Shown here: one piece after another, positions 42,598-52,799 of the stretch
Layout: every line of letters begins with the position of its first letter
How positions within the stretch are numbered: the stretch's first letter is position 1
Source of the DNA: a virus
Taxonomy: Duplodnaviria > Caudoviricetes
Reading direction: 5' to 3' (one strand)
Length of the DNA: 64,000 bases
Virus record (IMG/VR): IMGVR_UViG_3300032225_002400
Span: 11,745-75,744 of that record
The notes under the pieces: generated by a model
Databases searched by the model: none
The model's input: the letters and a program-made list of their open reading frames with translations, nothing else
Told to the model about the DNA's origin: nothing
Translations under genes and position numbers: made by a program

Positions 42598-45299
42598 ATA
42601 AATTTTTTTTCTTGTTTATCAATTAACGAAAATCCTTCTGCTTGGGTAGTTAATCTATTATGAACTATTCCAAATTTGTATGGGCTACCATAAAAAATAC
42701 GGTTAAAAAAAATATCTGACGCATCCCACTTTTCTGTTCTAAGCTTTTCCAAAAGCCACTTTTTAACACTTTTAGGAAACGCAATACATTGAAGCCCAAT
42801 TATATGGTCTGTAACAAATAATAAATCTTGGTTAGGTATGGCTTCTCTAACATGAGATTGTAACCATCCATGCTCTAAAGTTTTTACATCTCCAAAAGAC
42901 ATATAACCAATTTTATTATCTTCTATTATTTGGTAAGAACTTTCTACTTTATTTACAAATTCCTGCATAGGCACTTCTATTATACAATCTCCTTCACATA
43001 CTACCAAAAAGTCAATACTATCATCAAATTCACTCATTATCCCATTTTTGAAGGATTCAAAGCATCCAAAATGAGAGGGTGTAAGGGCTGTTCCCAATTC
43101 CTGAACTTGCTGCTCATCGAAGAGTTCCATAGAAACACAATTGGGTCTTTGACAGTTGTATTTAGGTGGTAAGTCTGCGTAAGGGGTATTTGTGTGTATG
43201 ATATATTCCCATCCGTAGTTTGCCACATGCTTGAGTGATTCTCTACTTTTTTGTTCTCTTTCATCATTTATAGTTGTTTGTAAGTGAATTAATCTAATTT
43301 TTGGTTTCCTAGTTTTAATCTTATAATGTCCTGTATGCTGAAATTTATCAATCGTTTTATTATTAAGAACATACTTTTCATTTTTATATATTCTATCTCC
43401 ATCATAAAAGTCAAGCTCTACTTCAATTTCAAGGCCTTTATATTCAAATTCTTTTTTAAATTCTGTTGTTTTATCAATTTGCCATTTGTATATAAAAAAA
43501 TCTTGCCCTGATTCACGCATAGTTATATTAACCTTTCTATTATCTACATTATAAGTATAGAAATAAAACATATAATTGTTAGGCCTATTTACAATAGGTA
43601 TTATTGAGTAATATTCACTATTAGAAGCTACTCCAAGTCCACTATGTTTTAGTAAAGTTTCTTCTTTATTATGCTCAATCATATAATCTTTTTCTAAACC
43701 TCTTAACTTTTTAACTAAATAATCTTCAAGAAAGTTTTGAGCACCAATATTTTCGCAAATGTTATTGTACTCTTCAGTAGTTCTAACATCATCAAAAGTG
43801 TTTAAAAAAAAGTCCACTTCAAAAGCCATACCATTTGTCTGAATACCTTTACCAAAAGGTGTGTTTAAACTACCTAAATAGGCTTTATATAAATATGGAT
43901 TTGTTTTATCTCCAATATCTAATGCTTTTTCAATTACAGGTATATCTCTAGCATCTAAAACAACATCATAAGTAGTATAAAAGAACGCTTCATATCCCAA
44001 TGATTTTGCGGCCTTTGCGCCATTAAATAAATTAGTCAAAACAGTTAATGACTGATTACTATTCTTCAGGCCATTAATATTAATTTCAGCATGAAAATCA
44101 TTTGTATATCTATAAAATCTAGTATAGTAAGAATGATGAGTTAGTGGGTTATGTTTATCATATATGTAATAGTCTACCATTTTTTGAATATCTTCATCAA
44201 CAGGATAGTGAGATAACAGCATAATCTTTCTACCTAATGGCTTTAAGCTATTAATAGTGTCTTTTGTTAATTGTACTCTACTTTCTAAATTAGGCCAAGT
44301 ACCTACAATTATTAGCTCTCTTTTATTGTTAGTTGCTTTTGCTTGAGTTAATTGTAAAACCTTTTCAGCATCTTCAGAAAGATTTCCTGTTAAATAATGA
44401 AAGTCTTCGTACTCATTCCATCTATTCAAATAGACATCTAAGTTGTAGATAAGTTTGGGTAATTGTTTATACTCAGCAGCTTCTTTTATGACAATAGGGT
44501 TCAATTCCTTATTTCCTCTGTCTCCTTTAGATGGGAAGAAGAAAAGGTCAGCAGCTTTAATAAAGTCTTCTGTATCGCCTCTTTCACCCCAAATAACGCA
44601 GTTTTCAGGCTTTTTATCCATTAATGGTTTCCAATAGCTTTCAAAATTACCTGCTTGATTGCCTAAGAAGTGAAATTTAATTTTGTAATATTTGAGCTTT
44701 TCTGCCATTTCAAATCCATATTTTTGGTTCTTTCTAGGGGTAAATAAACCAATTATTACTGCATGTTTGTACTCATGCTCAAGACCTAGTTTCTCTCTTG
44801 CTATTCTTTTATTTGAAGTTTTTGCATCTATAGGGTATTCAATGATTTCTTGAGGTATATCCAAATGGTCATATTTCATAATATTGTATGGGCTAACAAA
44901 TACAAACTTGTCAGGCATCCATTTTTTGTTTTTTGGATTAAAACTGCTATCATGAGTTGATTCTACTATTTTCCAAGTTCTTGTTTCAGAATATAAAAAA
45001 CTTGACATTTCATCATTCATAAACATTTCGGGGAACTCTTCCATACTGATAACATCAGGTTTGAAATCATCAATAATAGACTTCATTTCATCAAGCTTAT
45101 TATGATTTAAAGAATGAAAATTATTTTGTCCAACTAGATTAATAATTCTATTTCTTTGTACAACAAAAGACCAAGCAAGAAAAGAATGTTCAATGACTTT
45201 AATATCAAAATCATTTTTGATTAATTCTACTTTTTTAACTGAACATTGTGGAGCTCCGCCTGTTGATAAGTGTGGAGTAATAATTAATAATTTCTTCAT
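42594..45299 (-). CDS. multidomain glycosyltransferase (N-terminal GT4 plus two further GT-like domains)
   Basis: PHLSTGGAPQ, GLFTPRKNQ, DLFFFPS..ELNPIVIKEA; C-terminal HFGCFESF..VCEGDC (GT25-like). Confidence 0.75.
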   Translation of the reverse strand: MKKLLIITPHLSTGGAPQCSVKKVELIKNDFDIKVIEHSFLAWSFVVQRNRIINLVGQNNFHSLNHNKLDEMKSIIDDFKPDVISMEEFPEMFMNDEMSSFLYSETRTWKIVESTHDSSFNPKNKKWMPDKFVFVSPYNIMKYDHLDIPQEIIEYPIDAKTSNKRIAREKLGLEHEYKHAVIIGLFTPRKNQKYGFEMAEKLKYYKIKFHFLGNQAGNFESYWKPLMDKKPENCVIWGERGDTEDFIKAADLFFFPSKGDRGNKELNPIVIKEAAEYKQLPKLIYNLDVYLNRWNEYEDFHYLTGNLSEDAEKVLQLTQAKATNNKRELIIVGTWPNLESRVQLTKDTINSLKPLGRKIMLLSHYPVDEDIQKMVDYYIYDKHNPLTHHSYYTRFYRYTNDFHAEININGLKNSNQSLTVLTNLFNGAKAAKSLGYEAFFYTTYDVVLDARDIPVIEKALDIGDKTNPYLYKAYLGSLNTPFGKGIQTNGMAFEVDFFLNTFDDVRTTEEYNNICENIGAQNFLEDYLVKKLRGLEKDYMIEHNKEETLLKHSGLGVASNSEYYSIIPIVNRPNNYMFYFYTYNVDNRKVNITMRESGQDFFIYKWQIDKTTEFKKEFEYKGLEIEVELDFYDGDRIYKNEKYVLNNKTIDKFQHTGHYKIKTRKPKIRLIHLQTTINDEREQKSRESLKHVANYGWEYIIHTNTPYADLPPKYNCQRPNCVSMELFDEQQVQELGTALTPSHFGCFESFKNGIMSEFDDSIDFLVVCEGDCIIEVPMQEFVNKVESSYQIIEDNKIGYMSFGDVKTLEHGWLQSHVREAIPNQDLLFVTDHIIGLQCIAFPKSVKKWLLEKLRTEKWDASDIFFNRIFYGSPYKFGIVHNRLTTQAEGFSLIDKQEKKFI

Positions 45300-46258
45300 A
45301 GTTCTTTTTTAATTACAGTAATAACTTGCTCTACAGATGGATGACATTCGTAGGTTTCTTTTTTTTCTAAGCACCCAATCAATGGTTGTACAGAATCTAT
45401 TGTAGGCCAATATTCAAGAGCATATTTCATATTAGAAGAACAATGTAATTGACAGCCTCCTTTAATGTATGTATGTTTCCATCCTTGTTGTCCATGTCTA
45501 TAAGGTGTTCTAAATTCAGGATTAATTGCAGAACCTAGCTCAAATATATGTGTCTTTGTTGTACCTGATAAATGTAGAATACCACTATCCATAGTGATAA
45601 CAGCTTCGGCATTATTGATTATGTGCCAAGTCTGAGATATGCTAGTTTTATTCATTAGGTTAATTACATCACCATCCATTTGATGAACAGGTTTTTGTAC
45701 ACTAAAGAAGCCTTTTTCAGAACTATCTTTTCCAACCGCTACTACATTATATCCTAATTTATTTAATTCATCAACTAATTTTAACCAATTATCTTGTGAC
45801 CATGTTCTATTAGGCCAACTATTTACTGGATGTATTACTACATATCTCTTACTACCTGATGTACTTTTATCACTAAGTCCTTGTATACAAGCATCTTCTT
45901 CAGTAGGTATGTAAAAACAATCCATCTCATCTTTATTAAGCATAAAACCTAAATGAATAGCATGAAATTGCCTAATATCAATCATATTATGCTTCATTTC
46001 TATACCTCTTTCATTTTTTTCACCTACTAGATAAAAAGAGTTATGCATAATATAATTTTTGTTAAAATATTCTTTATCAATAGATGAAGCTTTATAGCTT
46101 TTTTCTACAAAAGGGTTCATTTTAAACAATTCAGGCAAATTGGAGATAATTGTTATTTTTTTTTGATAAGCTTCGCTTATCTTTTTAATGGTAGGAGTAG
46201 CACATATTAAGTCTCCTAAACCATTACAGTTAGATAAATCAAGACAAATATTATGCAT
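45296..46258 (-). CDS. GT9-family glycosyltransferase
   Basis: GLGDLICATP, VIHP..WPNRTW, NLMNKTS, ITMDSGILHL. Confidence 0.85.
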   Translation of the reverse strand: MHNICLDLSNCNGLGDLICATPTIKKISEAYQKKITIISNLPELFKMNPFVEKSYKASSIDKEYFNKNYIMHNSFYLVGEKNERGIEMKHNMIDIRQFHAIHLGFMLNKDEMDCFYIPTEEDACIQGLSDKSTSGSKRYVVIHPVNSWPNRTWSQDNWLKLVDELNKLGYNVVAVGKDSSEKGFFSVQKPVHQMDGDVINLMNKTSISQTWHIINNAEAVITMDSGILHLSGTTKTHIFELGSAINPEFRTPYRHGQQGWKHTYIKGGCQLHCSSNMKYALEYWPTIDSVQPLIGCLEKKETYECHPSVEQVITVIKKEL

Positions 46259-46330
46259 TTTTAATTATCTTTATTATATAAAAATAACATATTTTACACA
46301 TATTTTATATATTTACCTTAAAATATTTTT

Positions 46331-46702
46331 ATGATAATTGAAATTAGCATAGGTGAAGCTTTTGATAGATTAACTATTCTTAAAATTAAATCAGAAAAGA
46401 TTAAAGATGAGGCAAAGCTAATAAATGTAATAAAAGAGTATTTTTATTTACAAAATCTATTAAAGGAAGAATTGGAAGTAGATGAGGATAATGAATATTT
46501 TAAAAGATTGTTAAATATAAACTCTAAATTGTGGATTGTAGAAGATAAATTAAGACAATATGAGAAAAAACATGAGTTTGGAGAGGATTTTACTAACCTT
46601 GCAAGGTCTGTTTATTTACTAAATGATGCTAGAGCAATGATTAAAAAAGAAATAAATTTAGATTATGGTAGTAAATTTTTAGAAGAAAAATCTTATAACT
46701 AA
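46331..46702 (+). CDS. DUF6165-like protein
   Basis: IEISIGE.FDRLTIL.IK..IN.KLW.VED.LR..E..F..LARSVY..ND.RA.IKK.IN...GS...EEKSY. Confidence 0.75.
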   Translation: MIIEISIGEAFDRLTILKIKSEKIKDEAKLINVIKEYFYLQNLLKEELEVDEDNEYFKRLLNINSKLWIVEDKLRQYEKKHEFGEDFTNLARSVYLLNDARAMIKKEINLDYGSKFLEEKSYN

Positions 46703-46714
46703 TTATAAATCAAT

Positions 46715-47179
46715 ATGATAATAGTTTTTTACGGCCAACCTAGTTCAGGAAAGACTACTTTAGCTAAGTTACTTCAAGAAAGAATTTTTTTACAAAATCA
46801 GCAAACACCAGTAATTATAGATGAAAATGAAATTGAAAAGATTTTTAAACATAAAAATAATTCAAAAGAAAATAGATTAAATAATTTAAAAAGAATTAGT
46901 GATATTGCTACATTTTTAGAAAGTAAGTATAAATTAGTGATTATAAGTGCAATATATCCTATGCAAGATGTAAGATTTTATTTAGATAGTATTTGTATAA
47001 ATGTTGTTTGGGTTTATTTATTTTATGATGGTATTAGAGAAAAAAAAGATTTAGATATAAAAGATTTTCAAATTCCATATTTAAAAGATGAAAATAACTT
47101 TTCAATAAACACTTCTGATTTTAGCCCAAAACTTTGTATTGATAAACTTTTACAACATATAGTTTATAAAAAATACTAA
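46715..47179 (+). CDS. adenylylsulfate-kinase-like P-loop kinase
   Basis: GQPSSGKTTLA; R..N..RI..IA..L..VIISAIYP. Confidence 0.7.
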   Translation: MIIVFYGQPSSGKTTLAKLLQERIFLQNQQTPVIIDENEIEKIFKHKNNSKENRLNNLKRISDIATFLESKYKLVIISAIYPMQDVRFYLDSICINVVWVYLFYDGIREKKDLDIKDFQIPYLKDENNFSINTSDFSPKLCIDKLLQHIVYKKY

Positions 47180-47245
47180 AAATTAGTCAAAATTTAGTAT
47201 ATAAACGCGGAATTATTATATTTTTATATTAAATTTTAACTACCT

Positions 47246-47548
47246 ATGGCTTCTGATTCAACAAGCGCATCATCTAGAACTATAAGTTCAAATGAAAATC
47301 TAACTACTCGTGTAAATCATATTGAGAAAACTATAATGAAAATTAGTCCTCAAATTGATGAAATATATAAAGTTATTGTAGGAAATGATGCATTTCAACA
47401 AGAAGGTTTAATTTCAAGAGTAAAAAAACTTGAAGAACAAAATGATAAAAATAATGCCCTTAGAAATAAATTAATGGGAGCATTCATTTTTGGTGGAGCA
47501 GTTTGGACTATAATTTTAGAAGTAATAAAAAATAGATTTTTTAAATGA
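47246..47548 (+). CDS. coiled-coil protein with C-terminal TM
   Basis: GLISRVKKLE; C-terminal LMGAFIFGGAVWTIILEVI. Confidence 0.65.
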   Translation: MASDSTSASSRTISSNENLTTRVNHIEKTIMKISPQIDEIYKVIVGNDAFQQEGLISRVKKLEEQNDKNNALRNKLMGAFIFGGAVWTIILEVIKNRFFK

Positions 47549-47982
47549 TACCAAAAGGAGATATTACAGCTATAAATCCAATGCAAAAAATGTTTTCTAA
47601 AGGAGACTTAAAAACCATTGGAACTGCAGATGCAATTGGACAGATTGTTGAAATAGCATCTTCTGTAGCAGGTGGAGTAGCTGCTATAAATGATGCAAAA
47701 AAAGCTCAAGAGTTTAAAAATTATTTGTCTAATCTAAGCGATGACCAACAACAAGCTTTGATTAATTCCATAGATAAAGCTAAAACAGAAGAAGAGACTT
47801 ATAGAATTATTGCTGCTGTTATACAAAATGCACAAGCAAAAAGAGTTGAAAACCTTGCAGGTGTAATAGTTCAACAAGAGCAGATAAATAGAAATATTAG
47901 AATAGAAAAAATAGTTATTATATCTTTATTGGGTATTTTAGCTATTGGTTTAATTTATTCAACAAAAAAATCAAATGAATAA
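47545..47982 (+). CDS. helical protein with C-terminal TM
   Basis: C-terminal IVIISLLGILAIGLIYSTKK; resembles 48603 protein. Confidence 0.65.
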   Translation: MIPKGDITAINPMQKMFSKGDLKTIGTADAIGQIVEIASSVAGGVAAINDAKKAQEFKNYLSNLSDDQQQALINSIDKAKTEEETYRIIAAVIQNAQAKRVENLAGVIVQQEQINRNIRIEKIVIISLLGILAIGLIYSTKKSNE

Positions 47983-48100
47983 ATACGAAAAAATATTAAT
48001 TGGAACTTTAGTTAGCATAGCACTAATAAACTTTTATTTGCAATACAAAGCAGGTAAAAAATTAGATGAAATAAAACAAGTACTTAATGGAAAAACATAA
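47975..48100 (+). CDS. 41-aa single-TM protein
   Basis: Manual translation MNKYEKILIGTLVSIALINFYLQYKAGKKLDEIKQVLNGKT*; TAATG coupling to next gene. Confidence 0.7.
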   Translation: MNKYEKILIGTLVSIALINFYLQYKAGKKLDEIKQVLNGKT

Positions 48101-48600
48101 TGCAAAACGAAACCATAAAAAGAGAAAACGATAAAAGGATTGATGAATTAGAGGCTGCTATAGTTGATAATTTCGAGTTGGTAGAATGTCCTGTTGTACA
48201 TAGATTTACAGATGGAATGTACATTAGAGAGATATTCATGCCAAAAGATTCTTTATTAACTAGTAAGATTCATAATACGAATCACCCATATACTATTTCT
48301 CAAGGAATAGTTATGGTACAAATTGATGCAGGAGAATGGGTTGAGTTAGCTGCTCCTTATACAGGTATAACTGTAGCAGGAACTAGAAGAGTTTTATATA
48401 TTGTTGAAGATTGTATTTGGACAACATATCATCCATTTGAAGATATGAAATTGTCCTATAATGATTTAACTGAAGAGGAAAAACAAAATATAGTAGATGA
48501 AATTGAAAATGAAATAATAGAACCTCATCAAAATTATATTACAGGAACTAATATTCATTTAGATTATAAACAAAAGATTGATAAAAATAAAATTGGTTAA
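48100..48600 (+). CDS. cupin-like phage protein
   Basis: HRFTDGMYIREIFMP..SKIH..H..G..AP..GTRR..Y..ED..WTT.H. Confidence 0.7.
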   Translation: MQNETIKRENDKRIDELEAAIVDNFELVECPVVHRFTDGMYIREIFMPKDSLLTSKIHNTNHPYTISQGIVMVQIDAGEWVELAAPYTGITVAGTRRVLYIVEDCIWTTYHPFEDMKLSYNDLTEEEKQNIVDEIENEIIEPHQNYITGTNIHLDYKQKIDKNKIG

Positions 48601-48602
48601 TT

Positions 48603-48953
48603 ATGGCATGGTTAATGACAGGAGCATCAGTTGTTCAAGCAGGTACTGCAGTAGCAAGTACAATTGCAAGTACAAGAGATAATAGATTAAGAACACAATA
48701 TGAACAACAATTAGGTTTATTAGATTTTGACCAAAAAAAGCAGTTAAATGATGCTTTATTAAAAGCCCAAGATGAAACATCTAGACAGCAAATATTAGCT
48801 AATGCTTTAGGAGGTGTTAGTCAAGCTAGAGTACAAACTTTTGGAAATATTGCTTTAGAAAGAGAAAAAACTAATCAAGTTGTAACTATTCTAGGGGTTG
48901 TTGCAGGTATTGGTCTTTTAGGTTTCTTATTATACACAACTAAAAAATCTTAA
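48603..48953 (+). CDS. helical protein with C-terminal TM
   Basis: C-terminal ILGVVAGIGLLGFLLYTTKKS. Confidence 0.65.
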   Translation: MAWLMTGASVVQAGTAVASTIASTRDNRLRTQYEQQLGLLDFDQKKQLNDALLKAQDETSRQQILANALGGVSQARVQTFGNIALEREKTNQVVTILGVVAGIGLLGFLLYTTKKS

Positions 48954-48954
48954 A

Positions 48955-49317
48955 ATGGCAATTTTAGAAGGACAAATACTAACGCCAAATAAAAAGTCAA
49001 TGTTGGCAGATGAGCTTAAAATTGAGTTAGATAACTTGAATAAAACTATCGCTGTTGGTGGTATTGATGCAGGTCAAAAAGAAGCAGTAGATGCAAGTAA
49101 AGTAGCTATTCAAAAAGTTTTAAATAACATATTAAGTAAAAAAGGAGTTGTTACTCCTGATGAAACTGATGACGCTTTAAAAAAAATAGACGAAGCTAAA
49201 AGAGCAAGACTTCAAAATGATTTTTATGGTAGCATAAAGAAATATGGAATTTATATAGCTCTTGTAGTAGCAGCTGGAGTTGGATTATATTATTATACAA
49301 AAAATAGTGCAAAATGA
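48955..49317 (+). CDS. helical protein with C-terminal TM
   Basis: C-terminal YGIYIALVVAAGVGLYYYTK. Confidence 0.65.
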   Translation: MAILEGQILTPNKKSMLADELKIELDNLNKTIAVGGIDAGQKEAVDASKVAIQKVLNNILSKKGVVTPDETDDALKKIDEAKRARLQNDFYGSIKKYGIYIALVVAAGVGLYYYTKNSAK

Positions 49318-49646
49318 ACACGAATGTAAAAAAACTTTTATTAATTTTTGGTGGTGGATTTTTACTTTTTTGGGCTTTTAAAAAAATAAAGCCTATTGAT
49401 GTTAAAAAGAAAACTATTTCTAAAGCAGATTCAAATGCTTCTGCTGATGGAAATTCTGAGGAAAAAATTAAAAATGCTAAAATATGCTTAAAAGCATTTA
49501 TAGAAGCAAAAAAAGCAGGTGAAACAAAAGAATTTTTATCTGATATGAATAGAGAGTTTTCTAAAGAGTATGGATTAAAAGTAATGCCAAATAAAAGTAA
49601 TGGCAAATTATTTATAGCTGATTTAGAAGGAAATAAAGTTATATAA
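49314..49646 (+). CDS. N-terminal TM protein
   Basis: LLLIFGGGFLLFWAFKK. Confidence 0.65.
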   Translation: MNTNVKKLLLIFGGGFLLFWAFKKIKPIDVKKKTISKADSNASADGNSEEKIKNAKICLKAFIEAKKAGETKEFLSDMNREFSKEYGLKVMPNKSNGKLFIADLEGNKVI

Positions 49647-49657
49647 CTTAAATAAGA

Positions 49658-50329
49658 ATGGCAGAAGTACAAGCGATAGCATTAACGCAGGAACAACTAC
49701 TGCAATTTCAAATAGTAAATAATACAAATTTTGCTATTCCTAACATTCCTTTTTTAACACAGAATGATAGTTTTAATGCTACAACTCAATATCAATATAC
49801 ACTTCCTGCTAACTTAAATATACCAACAGTTATTACACCTGTAGTTACTACTTTACTAACACCTGCATTACAAACTGTAATTCCAATAAATGTTACTACA
49901 GGAACGCAATTGACTTATGAGCAAATAACTACATCAATAAGTACTAATAATTATAGTTCTAATTTCTTTTATGCTCAATCTGTAAATTGTAATCAAGTAG
50001 GACAAGTATTTACTTATAATGATTCAGATATTGCAGGTAATGGTACAGTAAATGCACTACCATTTACTTTAGACCCATATCAAAGACAATGCGCTGTTTA
50101 TTACTATCCGCCTGAAAATCTTGTTAATTTCAATGGAACTAGTTCATTAAATTTTACTATGCTTCCAGATACTACATTAAATTTAAAAATATTTTCAAGT
50201 AGCACTTCTCCATCACAAATATTAAACGAAATAACTGGATATAAAGATAATACATTTACTGAAATAGAAACAGCTTTAGGGTCTGATGTATTTACTGATT
50301 ATTGTAACTATTTAATTGATACAGAATAA
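49658..50329 (+). CDS. diverged paralog of the putative capsid protein (minor capsid/vertex protein)
   Basis: TYEQI..QVGQVFT..DIAGN..LDPYQRQCAV..FNG..L.F aligns with TYYNL..QVLQPLT..DANGN..IDPYQQQSGV..IDG..L.F of 24142. Confidence 0.7.
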   Translation: MAEVQAIALTQEQLLQFQIVNNTNFAIPNIPFLTQNDSFNATTQYQYTLPANLNIPTVITPVVTTLLTPALQTVIPINVTTGTQLTYEQITTSISTNNYSSNFFYAQSVNCNQVGQVFTYNDSDIAGNGTVNALPFTLDPYQRQCAVYYYPPENLVNFNGTSSLNFTMLPDTTLNLKIFSSSTSPSQILNEITGYKDNTFTEIETALGSDVFTDYCNYLIDTE

Positions 50330-52731
50330 TGCCAAGTTTTATTATAAATATTAATGGAAATAATTATTCAGTAGGTTATGATGGAACCTTTAATAGTCCG
50401 CAAGGTTTACTTCCTGCATTAAATAATTTAGGATTTGGTACATTTTGGATTGAACAAATAAGTGGAAATAATGTATTAACTACAACAGATAATGTAAATA
50501 TATATGGGACTGCTTCTACTAATCCTGACCCAACTACCACAACAACTACCACAACAACTACATTAAGTCCTATAATTTGGACTTCAACACCTTCTTGTGC
50601 AGGAGATGGAATAAATGGAACAGGTGTAATTACTTTAAGTAATATTACAGGTGGAAGTGGTATTTATTTATATGCAGGAATTGGTACAACTCAACAAAAT
50701 GCTGCAGCAAATGTGTTAAATCCTGCAACAAGAACTACTATTACAGGGCCTACAGTGACATTTAGTTCATTAACTAATGGAATTTATTATACTGCAGTTC
50801 AAGATAATGCAGGAGGATTACATTTCTCTAATCAAATAAATGTATCTTGTAATAATACTACAACTACTACAACTACAATAGCTCCTACAACTACTACGAC
50901 TACAAGTACAACAAGTACAACTAGTTCAACTACTACAAGTACAACACAGCCCGGACCAACGACTACAAGTACAACAACTACTACTACAACATTATTTGCT
51001 CAAACAGTAAGATATGCAAGTAATCAAACAGATGCATGCTTAAATCCTACAGGAACACAGAATGTAACAGGTAATGCCACATCTTTTTGTAGTTGTACTA
51101 TATTTAATTCTGCAGGTTTTGTAACACTTCCTAATGGTAACTATGTATTAGCATATAGTGGTAGTACATTAAATATTAATATATCAGGATTCCCTACTAC
51201 AACAGCTACAGTTTATGGCGGTGGATGTGGAACATGCCCTTTAAGCACTTCAACTACTACTACAAGTACTACACCTCAACAAGTTTGGTATCAATTAACA
51301 AATTGTAACGGCGGTGGTACTGTTTATACAACAAATTATGATATTGGGTATGCGTCTATTAATAATAGAGTTTTTGGAAATGTTTTAGGTGTACCTTCAA
51401 CATTAGTAGTAGCGAGTGTATTATTTAGTAACCCCGGAGGAAGTCAAATTGGAATTGTAAATTCAGGTTTAACAGGTTGTCCTTCTACTTCTACAACTAC
51501 TACAACTACGACATTAGCTGTAGTTACATTATCTACTACTGCATCATGTATAAATGTAGGATTAAATGGGGATGGTAGAATTGTTGCAAATAACTTTGCA
51601 GGTGGTAGTGGTACATATCAATATGCAGGTATTGGAACTTCAGAAGCTAATGCAATTTCTGCAGCTTTAAATCCTGCAACAAGAGTAACAATTTCAGGTT
51701 CTAGTGTAACATTTAGCTCATTAACAAATGGTAACTATTGGGTAGCTATTGTTGATAGTTTAGGTAACATTGGTATATCTACTCAAACATCAGTTTCTTG
51801 TAATGTAACTACTACTACAAGCACAACTACAACTACAACTACTATCCAGCAAGTATGGTATGCAATGGATATTTGTTATGTTGGCGGAACTGCTAATTCA
51901 ACAAATTATGATATTGGATACGCTTCAGTTGGAAGTAGAGTATTTGGAACTGTTTCAGGTACTCCTCAAACATTAGTTGTAAATGCAGTTTTAACATCTA
52001 ATCCAGGTGGAACTCAAATAGGAATTGTAAACTCAGGATTTACAGGATGCCCTGCTACTACTACTACAAGTACAACAAGTACTACAACAACAGCTCCACC
52101 TGTAACAGCAAATATTAGCTCTGTTTGTACAGGAATCACTCAAACAATAACTGTTGATACATTTGGTGGAGGTACAGGAATTTACTTTGCTAGTACAACC
52201 ACTTATGCAGACCCTGGAAGTGCTGTTGCAGGTCCTTTACAATCTGTTTCAGGTTCAATAAGTTATCCTAATCAACCAAATGGAACAAGATATGTTTATG
52301 TAACTTCAACTGCAGGTGCACCTGTTATAAAACAAGGAGGAGACACTTGTACAACGACAACCACTACGACTACAAGTAGCACAACCACTACTACAACGCC
52401 ACCTCCTGTAACTTTAACAATAAATGGCAAGAAATCTACATCTTCAGGAACTTGGTATGTATTTTATAGTACAGACGGTGGTAGTAATTATACAAGATTA
52501 ACCACAGCAGTAACTACAGGTGGATTACAAGTAGGTACTATAAGTGGTATTATTTCAGGAACTAATGTTATATTTGTTGGTGCTCCATTATCATTCATCA
52601 GCACAAATGCTACAGATGGTTCTACATCAACTTATCCTGCTGCTCCTACTAGTTGTCAATCTTATACATTATTCGCAACATCTTCTCAAACGGTATTTAT
52701 TACAATAAGTTCAACAGTATCAGGATGTTAA
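50329..52731 (+). CDS. mucin-like poly-Thr spike protein with duplicated Cys-bounded beta modules
   Basis: Seven Thr-runs separate about 80-aa modules; two modules duplicated (..NPATR..VTFSSLTNG.. and QQVWY..TNYDIGYAS..GIVNSG.TGCP). Confidence 0.8.
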   Translation: MPSFIININGNNYSVGYDGTFNSPQGLLPALNNLGFGTFWIEQISGNNVLTTTDNVNIYGTASTNPDPTTTTTTTTTTLSPIIWTSTPSCAGDGINGTGVITLSNITGGSGIYLYAGIGTTQQNAAANVLNPATRTTITGPTVTFSSLTNGIYYTAVQDNAGGLHFSNQINVSCNNTTTTTTTIAPTTTTTTSTTSTTSSTTTSTTQPGPTTTSTTTTTTTLFAQTVRYASNQTDACLNPTGTQNVTGNATSFCSCTIFNSAGFVTLPNGNYVLAYSGSTLNINISGFPTTTATVYGGGCGTCPLSTSTTTTSTTPQQVWYQLTNCNGGGTVYTTNYDIGYASINNRVFGNVLGVPSTLVVASVLFSNPGGSQIGIVNSGLTGCPSTSTTTTTTTLAVVTLSTTASCINVGLNGDGRIVANNFAGGSGTYQYAGIGTSEANAISAALNPATRVTISGSSVTFSSLTNGNYWVAIVDSLGNIGISTQTSVSCNVTTTTSTTTTTTTIQQVWYAMDICYVGGTANSTNYDIGYASVGSRVFGTVSGTPQTLVVNAVLTSNPGGTQIGIVNSGFTGCPATTTTSTTSTTTTAPPVTANISSVCTGITQTITVDTFGGGTGIYFASTTTYADPGSAVAGPLQSVSGSISYPNQPNGTRYVYVTSTAGAPVIKQGGDTCTTTTTTTTSSTTTTTTPPPVTLTINGKKSTSSGTWYVFYSTDGGSNYTRLTTAVTTGGLQVGTISGIISGTNVIFVGAPLSFISTNATDGSTSTYPAAPTSCQSYTLFATSSQTVFITISSTVSGC

Positions 52732-52799
52732 AAAATTTAATAATGTATATATAATATAATATAAAAGACTTAATTTTATAACCTAAAAAAAACCATAAA

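Noticed and set aside
40497-46258. Invertible (phase-variable) glycosylation cassette
   Set aside because: Block is inverted relative to neighbours but I saw no flanking inverted repeats or recombinase.
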